Shown here piece by piece: positions 52,999-64,000 of a stretch of 64,000 nucleotides of DNA. Below the pieces are notes generated by a model. The model made no database searches and was not told the DNA's origin. It saw nothing but the letters and a program-made list of their open reading frames with translations. This stretch comes from Eledone cirrhosa (taxonomy: Eukaryota). Position numbers and translations under genes: made by a program. The DNA lies in the NCBI GenBank assembly GCA_964016885.1, contig OZ024741.1, forward strand, positions 107,322,001 to 107,386,000. Reading direction: 5' to 3'. Position 1 is the first letter of the stretch, and every line of letters begins with the position of its first letter.

Positions 52999-55900
52999 AT
53001 GACCTCACTCAGAATAGGCAGCATAAATGCGCGTGGCTTGGGGTCGTCATGGAAGCAGGGTCACCTGCTCAACGACCTCAGGTCACTAAACATAGATGTA
53101 GTGGCCATCAGCGAGACCAGAATCTCCGAAGCACGGGCCTTCGCACCGATCTTCGGCGGCTACGATGTGTACGCATCTCCCAGCCGTCCTGGATCGGGTG
53201 GAGGAGTTGCTGTGCTTTTTCGGAGAGGTTTGGATCTCGCCATACGGGCCATCTTCCTGGACCCAGAGGGTAAGCTGGTGGTGCTGGACGTGACCAGCGG
53301 AGACGGGCAAGCTTTCAGGCTAGTGGCCGTCTATGCCCCGACAGGAGCAGGGCGGCCTGATTTCTTCCGGCGTCTGGAGACCTTTCTTGGAACGTCCCGC
53401 TCTTTAGTGTTAGTGGGCGACTGGAACGGGATCTTAGATGCACGCTGGGACTGTGTGAGATTAGCGGATAGGGGTGGAGGGTGCAAGAGCCTCACCAACC
53501 TGCTCAGGCGTTTTGAACTGTCTGACAGGTACCGATTGGATTTCCCGAATGTGCCAATGTGGACTTGGACAAACCGCATAGGGTCATCCAGATCATATCT
53601 AGATAGAGTATTTTGTAGGGAAATAGATAGGTCTAGCATAGGCTGTCCACAATTCAAGATAGTCAGCTACACGGACCACAAATTCGTGACCTGTGTGCTT
53701 GACTTAGAAAGGCTTCATAGACGAGGACCCGGCTACTGGAAGCTAAACGCGTCCTTACCAGCGTGCAAGGCCTACAGAGACCGGATTAGCGAACTAGTTA
53801 AGCGGGCGTTGACGGGGGCCATCGTCAACAACAAGTGGTGGTTTGCTCTGAAAAGAGCGATTAGAATAGAATCGATTAGGTTTAGTAAGGCTTTAGCAAT
53901 AGAGAAAAATAGAGCAGAGGGAGAACTAGTTAGAAAATTAGACGAGGCGCTTAGCAAAGGCATTGCGACCGACGTGCTTGCGGCGAAATTGGCCCTTGAC
54001 CAGTTCTTCAATGCAAAGCACGAAGGCTGCGTTGTCAGAGCTAGGGTGCGTGCTCTCAGACACGAGGGGACGAAAGCCGTTCAATGGGCCCGAGTGGCGG
54101 AGGCTCGTCGTCGCAACAAAGCCACGATCCGGTTTTTGGTGGACCACGACGGGCGCATGCTACTCGATCCCGGGCAAATGTGTGAAGCTTTTCAGCGACA
54201 CTTCGCTCAGCTGTTCGGGGGCAGCGGTGGGCCGGGTAGAGGGATGGACTTTAGTGTCTACCTCGACGGACTCCCGCGGCTCTCGGCCACTGAGGCGAAG
54301 TGTTGCGAAAAGCCGATAACAGCCGCTGAAGTAAGGGAGGCAATGACTGGCTGCACAAGGGGTAAATCGCCTGGTTTGGATGGTCTGCCCTATGAACTTT
54401 ACGTACAGATGCCAGACTTGTTCGGAGGCCTCTTGGCGGACGTCTACTGCAACTGGCAACAGAACGGGAGAATTCCCAGCTCTGTGAGCCGAGGAGCGGT
54501 GGAACTGCTGAGAAAGGATCCGAACAAGGGGGATAACATAGACAATTTCCGGCCCATAACTCTGCTAAACACAGAGTTCAAGATTTTGGCCAAGGTGCTA
54601 GCAAAGAGGTTGGCGCTTGTCGTTGGTGGTCTGGTGGGAGAGGCGCAGACATGCGCCATTCCCGACAGATCCATCCACGACAACCTCCACCTCATGCGAT
54701 ACATCATAGAGAGGGTAGCTAAGGAACCTGGCACGGGTGGGTCCTTGATCAATTTAGATCAGTCGAAAGCTTTCGATAGGGTCTACCATCGTTACCTAGC
54801 GGCAGTCCTGAGGGCGGCTGGCTTTGGGCCCGTCTTCAGAGGCTGGATCGCTGCCATGCACAGCGACATCTGCTCTGTGGTGAGAGTGAACGGTCACCTG
54901 TCGGAACCGTTCAACATCATGCGCTCGGTCCGCCAAGGATGTCCCCTCTCGTCCCTCTTGTACGTATTGACTCTCGAGCCATTACTGCACAAACTGGAGA
55001 CGTTGAGGGGAGTCCCGCGCGAACTAGGATGCGGAAGATCCATGTCAGCATATGCGGACGATGTCACCGTAGTGGTGTCGAACGCCAAACACATCGAGGC
55101 GAGCGGCACTACACTAAGAGAATACGAAGCGGTGACAGGAGCAATGGTCAACCAGGAAAAGTCGGTGGGCCTGCAGCTCGGCACCTGGAGAGGCAGGTCC
55201 ATGCCGTCCAACAGCGTCGTCGGGCGCTGGACGGACGGACCGGTTAAATTGCTAGGGGTCTGGTTCGGTCCGGACCTCCAGACGGACAAAAACTGGGACG
55301 AGGTGACGAGCAGGGTGGCTTCTCTCACCCAGAAATGGGCCGAGAGGAAGCTATCCCTGAAAGGTCGAGCGGAGGTGGCTAACGCGTACATCGCGTCTGT
55401 CATCTGCTACCGCCTAACCGTCGTACCTTGTCCTAAGCCTCGCCTGACTGCGCTGGAGCGTTTGCTCTTTCGCTTTTTGTGGAAGGGACGTGCTCCGATG
55501 GTCAGGCGGTCCATCTGTTGTCAACACCCGCTACGTGGAGGGCTGGGCATGCCGTGGCTGATGATGCGCACGCACGCGCTCAGGCTACGATATCTCCACC
55601 TTTTCCTCGACGGTGATCAGGTGTGGTCGCCGTTTGCTAGACGCGTTTTTCCCCAGCTCGTTTCCTTGACGGAGCTGCAGTCCTGGGTCAAGCGAAGACC
55701 GAGAGGGAGCGCCTGGAGACTGGAATGTCTTCAGGCGCTCACAGCCCTCGACCAATCGGGCAATGTGATCGGTGGAAACTCCACCTCGGCGTTCTATAGA
55801 GGATTAGTGGAAGGGAAGAGCGACGACGTACTTGGGGAAACTCTAGGCGTCGACGAAAATCAACTAGCCAATCTCTTCGGAAGAACTTTCGGGCCAGGGC

Positions 55901-56418
55901 CTATGGACAACTTCCAGAAATCTCTGGCCTGCCAGTGCTACCGAGGAGCCTTGCTAGTTCGGGATAAACTCTACAGGCATGGAGGTGCCGTCAGCCGGGC
56001 ATGTCCGAGATGCGCGCAGGGCGACGAAACCGTCCTGCACGCACTCGTCCAGTGTCCGAAAATTGCTGACTTGTGGGTTTATGTCGAACACCTGCTGTCG
56101 CGTTTAGGACGGATCCGGCTATCATCTGAGTCCATCGTGAGGATTGCCCCGCCCTCCTCCTTTAGCCGGGAAGGGCAGGAAGTTTTTATCTGTCTGGTGG
56201 CCATGGCGAAAGAGATAGTATGGTGGACACGTTTGAAAGGGCTGAAGACGAGCACTTACCTCTTCGGTGATGCTCTGATTGACTTTTTCAAATTTCATTT
56301 GAAAAGGAAAATCAGAGTAGAGAGGGAAGTGCTTTCTTCCCAGCATTTTGTTGAAAGATGGGTGAGAGAAGCAAGAATGGCCCGAGTGAATGGGCCTACT
56401 CTGAGTATATATCTGTAA
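52999..56418 (+). CDS. Tx1 ORF2, intact 1139 aa (APE endonuclease, reverse transcriptase, CCHC)
   Basis: SINARGL, ISETR, GDWN, YLDR, TDH, GPGYWKLN, KSPGLDG, LDQSKAFD, VRQGCPLS, YADD, CPRC...HALVQC. Confidence 0.93.
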   Translation: MTSLRIGSINARGLGSSWKQGHLLNDLRSLNIDVVAISETRISEARAFAPIFGGYDVYASPSRPGSGGGVAVLFRRGLDLAIRAIFLDPEGKLVVLDVTSGDGQAFRLVAVYAPTGAGRPDFFRRLETFLGTSRSLVLVGDWNGILDARWDCVRLADRGGGCKSLTNLLRRFELSDRYRLDFPNVPMWTWTNRIGSSRSYLDRVFCREIDRSSIGCPQFKIVSYTDHKFVTCVLDLERLHRRGPGYWKLNASLPACKAYRDRISELVKRALTGAIVNNKWWFALKRAIRIESIRFSKALAIEKNRAEGELVRKLDEALSKGIATDVLAAKLALDQFFNAKHEGCVVRARVRALRHEGTKAVQWARVAEARRRNKATIRFLVDHDGRMLLDPGQMCEAFQRHFAQLFGGSGGPGRGMDFSVYLDGLPRLSATEAKCCEKPITAAEVREAMTGCTRGKSPGLDGLPYELYVQMPDLFGGLLADVYCNWQQNGRIPSSVSRGAVELLRKDPNKGDNIDNFRPITLLNTEFKILAKVLAKRLALVVGGLVGEAQTCAIPDRSIHDNLHLMRYIIERVAKEPGTGGSLINLDQSKAFDRVYHRYLAAVLRAAGFGPVFRGWIAAMHSDICSVVRVNGHLSEPFNIMRSVRQGCPLSSLLYVLTLEPLLHKLETLRGVPRELGCGRSMSAYADDVTVVVSNAKHIEASGTTLREYEAVTGAMVNQEKSVGLQLGTWRGRSMPSNSVVGRWTDGPVKLLGVWFGPDLQTDKNWDEVTSRVASLTQKWAERKLSLKGRAEVANAYIASVICYRLTVVPCPKPRLTALERLLFRFLWKGRAPMVRRSICCQHPLRGGLGMPWLMMRTHALRLRYLHLFLDGDQVWSPFARRVFPQLVSLTELQSWVKRRPRGSAWRLECLQALTALDQSGNVIGGNSTSAFYRGLVEGKSDDVLGETLGVDENQLANLFGRTFGPGPMDNFQKSLACQCYRGALLVRDKLYRHGGAVSRACPRCAQGDETVLHALVQCPKIADLWVYVEHLLSRLGRIRLSSESIVRIAPPSSFSREGQEVFICLVAMAKEIVWWTRLKGLKTSTYLFGDALIDFFKFHLKRKIRVEREVLSSQHFVERWVREARMARVNGPTLSIYL

Positions 56419-56673
56419 ACTAAAGGTGGAAAACTGGGAGAGGGCACTTGCCTTGGTGGTCAGGGTCATTGTGGCTTTTTACTGGGCTTTCTCCACAAAT
56501 GTCCCTCCGAAGTCTCCCCCCTATTGGGGAATTTTTCATTGTTATTTTTTGTTACATCCCTTTTTTTGTTTTTTTGTTTTTTACACGCAGAAATGCCCAT
56601 TTGTACCGTCCTGCATTGGCCTGCACTGTCCTTAATGTCTACTTTATGTAAACCCTTGTGGTTAATAAAGAAA

Positions 56674-56717
<44 letters not shown>

Positions 56718-56719
56718 TT

Positions 56720-56777
56720 TAATTTTTTTTTCTCCTCGTACAATGGCCATACTCGATAACGAGGGGGAAGCCATCAT
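56720..56777 (+). mobile_element. Probable 3' terminus of the RTE that begins at 35606
   Basis: tggccatactcgataacgagggggaagccatc resembles RTE 3' stem-loop ends (recalled). It is followed by (TATG)n, the same repeat that precedes the RTE 5' end. Confidence 0.6.
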
Positions 56778-56898
56778 GTATGTTTGTATGTATGTATGTA
56801 TGTATGTATGTATGTATGTATGTATGTATGTATGTATGTATGTATGTATGTACGTATGTATGTATGTACGTGTATGTATGTATATATATGTATATATA

Positions 56899-57015
<117 letters not shown>

Positions 57016-58369
57016 ATGTATATATGTGTGTAAATATGAGACATAATTATGTGACATAAAATCTGCGGCTCAGTAATTACCGATAATGTTGATCTTTTCT
57101 TCTTTTCGGGTTATAGCTACTGTCGCATGTATGGATGTTATTGTATGTATGGATCTACATTAGGGTACTTCATATTTACAGAGAAAATTTATTTAGGGGT
57201 TACACAGTTTGGTGATTTTTGAATGCTATTCCAAACAATGAAAAGAAATTACTTCAACATATGTTGATTGTAGCAAGGTTCCTCACCACCACCACCACCA
57301 CCACCACCACCACCACCACCATCACCACACTGCCACCACCACAATCACCACCACCACCACCATCACCACCACCACCACTACCACCATTGTAATACCGCCA
57401 CTATCCCTAACATTATAACACTACCACCAGCACTTCAATTATAACAGAGTCACCAGCATCACCTGCACCACCACAACAATCACATACAGCACCACCATTA
57501 CCTACATCACCATCACCTACAACACCACCACCATCAATTTCACCCCTAACACTACGCCGAACTCGAGGAGACAATATCAGTTGCCGTAAAAGACATTAGC
57601 CAGAAGATCCCGGTAATGTGGAGAACAGCAAATATTACTACCAAAACGGATAAAGAAACATCCGCACTTCAACTGAGAAATTGTATAAAGAGTATCAAGG
57701 ATAGAAAAAACAAAAAAATCACGGAGTGAGATTTGGAAAGGTAATCTCGAGGAAATATTTGACATTGCAAGCCAGGGGTTTCTCAACGAAAGCATGTCCC
57801 ATCTGAAGACAATATATATATATATATACAGCGAGAGAGAGAGAGAGAGGGGGGGGGGGAGAGAGAGGGGAGAGAGAGAGAGAGAGAAAGAAAGAGAGAG
57901 AGATGAAGCGTCGGCACAGGTAGTTAATGTATTTTATTTATTAACTTCGAAATTAGCCTTAGTGGTATTTGAAATCGGAAATGACTGGATTAAATGCTGC
58001 CAGTGATTTTGTCAGACACTTTAATACATCCTGTGTGAGAATAAAACATGTACTGTTATTTGACATTTGAAAAGATAAAGCACATTAAGACATAATTATC
58101 CTAATTGGTTTAGAGGAAAAGGAAAAAAAAACACAGGTTTAGGTGAGATTAAAGGTGATGATAGTTAGATATTCCTATGTATATTCGGGAATATTACACA
58201 GGTAGATATGTTATGATATAATTAGGCTGTCTATGTGACAGTACAGTATGTATGAAGACACACGCACGCATTCATGTTTATATTGTTTATATATATACAT
58301 TCATACATAATTAAGTTAGCACGCACACACACACATACGCACATACACACACACACACTAAAACATATA

Positions 58370-59613
58370 TAGGATGGCCAGAAAGTTCTGGCCGTTTTTC
58401 AGACAGTTATTGACTTTACCGTTTTTTTAACATTAGGGACATTTTACACATAATCGCAATCATTTGCGATTACCGTCTGCAAAAGTTTAGGATGGCACAT
58501 GATTCCATCCCTGTAGAATTCTTCTGGCTTCGATGCAAAGAATTCCGTCAGCCACTGATTTAACTGGTCTTCATTGACGAAGTTCTTTGACTGTGTTGCG
58601 TCGCTTATTGAGAGAAAGGGGCGATAGTCTGAAGAGGCGAGGTCGGAAGAACACGGCAGGTAGGGCAGAACCTCCCCATCTAACTCCAGCAGCTTCTCAA
58701 TGGTCATGCCAGATGTAAACAACAGAGCGTTATCCTGAAGAAATCGAACTGGACCATTGTATAGGCGCACCTGTGCATGTTTTACCGCTAATCAGTCAAG
58801 TTGTTGACAATAGACGTCAGGGCTTATGCTGGTGTTCGGTTGAGGTAGCTCGTAGTAGATGACAACTTTCCAGTGTCATCAGACTCAATAGGGCTTTGCG
58901 TGGGTGGAGTCCAGCCTTTGTTTGCCGTTGTGGCGCACTCTCTTTAACAACCCATTATCATTTGCGCTTGATATTAATGTAAAGATACCATTTATCATCA
59001 CCAGAGACATTGAAAAGTAACCAGTTGGTTCTGCGGTGGTAGGGGAGCAGAGAATTTGCAGCTGCGGCTCGACATTTACGATTGCCGTTAGTCAAATTGA
59101 GAGGCATCCATTGGTCCAGCTTGAGCATCTGTCCTGTTGCACGCATGTGAATGAGAATGGTTGTTTTCGGTGACACAGGCACTTCGGAGTGTTAAAGTGA
59201 TGTCTGTCTTGGGGCAGTTTCACCAACTCACGCAGTTTCTTGTCATTGAAGTCGAATGGATGTCCTGCGCGAAATCGATCTTCAAGGCTGTAATTACAGG
59301 AATGAAACTTGCGAACCAATCCCCGGCACCGTGTTCTGACAGGGTGTATGACCCAAAATATTGTTGATGGGACAGCTCGATGCTGCTGCGCCGAGGCCAG
59401 ATTTGAAATCATAAAGTAAACAGCTACAAATAAACTATTTGGATAAATCCCTGTTGCTTCCACTTTGACGGCGTAACATAAAATGAGAAATGCTCATGAT
59501 ACATACCAATGTCACTTCTTATATATGTGCGCATATGCAACCTTTAACATTTCCAGAAAACTCTGCCAAAATACCTCCTTTTGAAAAACGGTGGGAACTT
59601 TTGTTCAACCCAG
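58370..59613 (-). mobile_element. Decayed full-length mariner
   Basis: Imperfect TIRs taggatggccagaaagttctggccgtttttca / tgaaaaacggtgggaacttttgttcaacccag with TA flanks. Motifs VSGDDKW, FLQDNA and CSSDLASSDY (YSPDLAPSDY-like) spread over broken frames. Confidence 0.88.
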
Positions 59614-61196
59614 TATATTTGCATATACGACGTTTACACTTATAACTATATACTTCCATACACATAAGCATACATACATAGACACGTGCATTAACAAAAG
59701 CTAACAAATATAACCACATCTCATCAATATACAACATATCAGATGAGATAGTCACTATAGGCAGAGAGAAACTTTGCAAACAGACACAGTATATACAAAT
59801 ATTTCGATATTCATACAATTCAGGATAATACCACACTGAAGACTTGCATTTAATAGGTTTACCTTGCAGAGCGTCTAGTCCATATACTTTCTAATTGGGT
59901 AGTTTTACAGCTTGGCTATTATAAGAACACCAACAACGACAATAGTAACATCATCAACACAACCACAATTCGACAGTCTTACACTGCAAAAACTACCGAA
60001 ACTATAACCCCCCCCCCCCACACACACACACACACCCACACACACACACACTACTACATTAACTGTGGACGTTGGAATTCACATTAATGAAACTATAAAG
60101 GCTACCATTTGCAAAATATATAGGAGGGTGTCAAATATACAAACATTTGAGGGGCCAAAGTCTCGTCCTCGGGAGTTCAACCGGAAAGTATTATTGGCTG
60201 TGCTATCAGAACACCCGAAAAAGGGAAAACAAATAAACCATAACAACTTTAATAAGCTGGCGTGTGTCGGTTAAAGACGAACGAGTAGAAAGCGCAAAGT
60301 TGACTGAACGAAATATAGAATAAAAGCGACTTCGTAGTGTCGACGTCAGATTCCTCTTGGGCATTCTATCGTCTCTTGTCTGATTGAGGCATGAGATAAG
60401 TTGGCTGAGTTGGACACTAAGGTCAATGATGACTTACGTTGTCGTGGAGGGAAGGGTTATCGTCTGGGATATCAAAAAGTACTGAGAGCAAAATTAGTTG
60501 AAAAATGGGCAGGAATATTTGGCTCACAATAAAACCTGAAAACATAGATTCCGAGCATAATAAAGTTTCTAAACGAAATCAAATTTGATTTTAAGGAGGA
60601 AAACAGACGATTTGGGTACGACACATATTGTACTATTGATTAGATATATTGTAGCAGTATAGGTTTTATTTTTAACTGCATAGGTATTTAGATTTACCCG
60701 GCAAATATAAACAAATGCCTATTAATATGTCACCGTGGGCAGAAAAAGATGGTTAGCTGAAATTTGTCCTACTATATACTAAGATTACAATCTGAAAAAC
60801 AAACTGACTAAAGTATTACTCAGGAATAAATTTAGTTTAGTATTCTACCATTTGTGCGATTCGTCTGTACTCACCATACATGAAAATGATATAAGTATCA
60901 GTGTTCTGCGGCAAAATATGTTCATGAACCACTTGTATGCAATAAGCAGAAGTTAATGGAGATAATTAATGTAGCATTAATTAGTGCAAATATATACATT
61001 TATTATGAAGGCATTGTCATTTAGATCGCCTAAGCATGTTATTCAGTGATTTATCATTTCTATTACCTATTACAAACACAATCCTGAAAGATACAATCCG
61101 TCTATTTATGTTTATGACAAAGGAGAGACTAAAGACAAAGTAGAAAAAAAACGGGTCTAATCAATATATATGTAATATGTCTGGGGGAAAGAGAAA

Positions 61197-61249
61197 TATT
61201 CTGCATGCTAAATACACACACTAGGTGTCATATATATATATATATGACA

Positions 61250-61300
<51 letters not shown>

Positions 61301-61330
61301 CACCTAGTGTGTGTATTTAGCATACAGAAT
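61197..61330. repeat. (TA)n-centred inverted duplication of flanking sequence
   Basis: attctgcatgctaaatacacacactaggtgtca ... tgacacct ... tgacacctagtgtgtgtatttagcatacagaat. Confidence 0.85.
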
Positions 61331-61366
<36 letters not shown>

Positions 61367-61957
61367 ATATTTTTCTGTGAAGAGAGAGAAGGAAGAACAT
61401 TGCCAATAATCAGGGCCACGATCAGGAACTCGGAGACTGTTGAGTGGAGGAATGTATCCCCAAACCAGAGATTTGGTCGGAATGCTTGCAACGGAGTGGA
61501 CACTTTCAAAGGGTAGGTGGTGGTGTTAAACCGGTCGACGCATCAAGTATAATGCCAGGTGTCGAAAAACGTCGACCAACTGCGGTTGTCAAAGAAGGGG
61601 GATAACTCTAACAATAATATTTGATCGAATTTGCTGGACAATATTTCGAAGCGTATGCTACCAGTTGGCAAGTCGAAGTATGCCTCGGAAATTTAGACAA
61701 GGCAACTGATAATATTGCAGATATTACAATTTCTTGTTGTTTTTAGGCATTAATCACATCCAAGGTTTGATCAAATAATCCAAGAAGCAGAACTAAACAT
61801 TAGTAGATAGAAATTTCAAACCCCTTATATCATCTGTGTAAGACCTACAATACACGTAAGATGAGTTAGATATACCACATTTAATGCAAAAATCATGAAT
61901 TATGTTAACGAGAAATAAATATGCAGCAAGAAAAACAAAAATAATAATAATAATAAT

Positions 61958-62063
61958 AATAATTGTTTCTACTTTAGGCACAAGGCCAGCAATTACCCAG
62001 TACATTACTGGTACTTTATTTTATCGACCCCGTAAGGATGAAAGGCAAAGTTAACCTCGGCGG

Positions 62064-62064
<1 letters not shown>
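61958..62064 (-). mobile_element. 5'-truncated tRNA-SINE inserted in (AAT)n
   Basis: Near-identical to the 3' two-thirds of the SINE at 21229-21412. (AAT)n on both sides. Confidence 0.85.
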
Positions 62065-62102
<38 letters not shown>

Positions 62103-62994
62103 CTCCTGAGACTATTAATCAACAAATTAGTGTGTAGATAACATGTTTTGAAATAAACTTCATCAATTTTGTGTAATAAATTAATCATAAGTTTCACACG
62201 GTTTAGAAAATAATACATTAAACAATAGCTTGAGTTAAATCCTGTGTTAAGAATATTTCTGGATGCCAGAAACTCAAAGCAGAACCTAATTGGAAGAAGA
62301 AGAAGAAGAAGAAGAAGAAGAAGAAGAAGAAGAAGAAGAAGAAGAAGAAGAAGAATGTAAGAGATATCCGCAGCACAGCGACAAGATTTTAACTTCAATA
62401 ATTCGGTTATTGTTTCTCGGCCTCCGTTTAACCGATGTTGGTATAAGTATGTAAGAAAATTATTTATGAAAAGATTATGTGAATTCGTTGACATTCAAAT
62501 AATGGTCTATAGGGCCGACGTCGAATTTAACTGTAAATACTGAGGATTGGGTTCCTGTTCTTACATCTTCATCATATGTTTTGTTCACGCTGGCACCAGT
62601 TTGATTAAAGCCGTAGCTTAAGTGACTGGCAATCCATACAAAGGTTAATCACCAGCTGCTGCTGGTACTACTTTTCAGTTGATTGAATAGAAGCAGCGTA
62701 AAAGGAAGAGGCTTGCTTAAGGAAAACGCTAACTATGAGGCAACGCACCTTATATCCTGAATTATATTGTTATATAAATGAGATATCTGAAAGAACGAAA
62801 TCAAAACATATGTTGAATATGTTTAACCTTTCTCAAACCCGTTCGCCAAAACAGAGTCCCAAATTTCAGTTATACAATACTATAAATATGTGTTTGGTTG
62901 TCCAGTGAAATTAATACAAAAAGCAACAATACCACACATAACACTGCCACACACAGCATTGCATCACATAGCAGTACCACACACACACACACAT

Positions 62995-63055
<61 letters not shown>

Positions 63056-63469
63056 GAGAGGGGGGGGACACAGAGAGAGATACTCTCACGAACGCATATT
63101 AATTCTGAAATGTAACATAACTATTAAATAGGTCATAGTTTAATAAATAAAGCTGTCAAAGTTATCTCCCTTGGATCATGTATAGAAATTATCTCCCTTG
63201 CTTCTTTTCTTTCTCAAAACACAAAATGACTTTTGAATATTTATGAAAAGTCAGTTGAGTCCAAACTGGATAATCGCCTCATGATATGTAGTATCAAATG
63301 TAACGGATATAGACTGTTGTTTCAATATGCTGATATATGTATACATCTCCATCCCCCTCTTTATCTACCCTCTTCTTCGAGTATGATCACAGATCAACCA
63401 ACCGAAGACACACACACTCACTCACAAATATATTGTGTGGATATATATATTTATATATGCCTACATAGT

Positions 63470-63671
63470 CCCTAACTACTGATGGACTCGAAGGGGTGCC
63501 GTAGTGGCATACAACGTTTCTAAGGTATTTTAAGCCTGGCATAGCCCACCTCCCTGAACACGGCAAAGAGGGTGTGGTAAGATACCAGGTAGACCATAAC
63601 GCACCAGAGTACTCAATACTTAGGGTAGTAGAGTGGGTAATAGGAAAAGAGTCAGGACTCCTGACTCCCTT

Positions 63672-63676
<5 letters not shown>
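63470..63676 (-). mobile_element. Penelope-like terminal remnant related to the 27382 family
   Basis: 63575-63646 is the reverse complement of the shared tail (ttcctattacccactctactaccctaagtattgagtact.tggtgcgttatggtc.acctggt). Short fold-back 63640-63676, then (TA)n. Confidence 0.8.
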
Positions 63677-63753
<77 letters not shown>

Positions 63754-64000
63754 GAATTCACAAGAATCAAAGCTATGTTCAAAACATTTATTCACTTACA
63801 ATTGTTTCATCCAAACCTAGGCTTGGGGTCTTCGGACCATTTTTTAATGCTTGTACATATAATTGACCTCAAATCCAACGCAAGAGACTATAACTTCCTT
63901 TTTCTTTTTCTTTTTCTGCACACATACTTCTTTGATCTATAAAAAAATACCCTCTCACTACAACCACCATAATACTCTTGCGTACCCGCTTAAAGTGCTT

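Larger units (their letters stand above)
50652..56674 (+). mobile_element. Tx1-group retrotransposon, copy 2, full length
   Basis: 5' UTR, ORF1, ORF2 and 3' UTR with AATAAA. (TTA)n on both sides. Confidence 0.93.

Noticed and set aside
40623-56469. Antisense and alternate-frame ORFs over the Tx1, Dong and RTE elements
   Set aside because: Shadow ORFs of TE coding sequence with no independent motifs.
57285-57545. (CAC)n-rich tract resembling a His/Thr/Pro-rich exon
   Set aside because: Degenerate trinucleotide microsatellite with no clear splice or ORF support.

Overview
AT-rich, microsatellite-saturated animal genomic DNA. The (TA)n density and the SINE, RTE and Penelope repertoire suggest an octopod cephalopod, but that is inference. 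The only host gene seen is the last coding exon of an unc-4/Uncx PRD-class homeobox gene (22306-23325, +). The rest is transposon-derived: two decayed mariners, hAT MITEs, non-autonomous Helitrons, tRNA-SINEs, CRE and RTE fragments, and a 21-kb nest in which an RTE LINE is split by two long Tx1/L1 elements, a Tx1 3' fragment and an R4/Dong element, at (TTA)n tracts. Two signals stand out. (1) About a dozen fold-back (inverted-arm plus 'tail') mini-elements sit in (TA)n tracts. Many carry hammerhead-ribozyme folds, and one family is tied to a truncated GIY-YIG Penelope-like element. (2) Both Tx1 copies have a GT-AG mini-intron candidate whose removal would fuse ORF1 to ORF2 in frame, and it lies exactly where their divergent ORF1 modules join a near-identical ORF2. 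Coordinates and alignments were read by eye.
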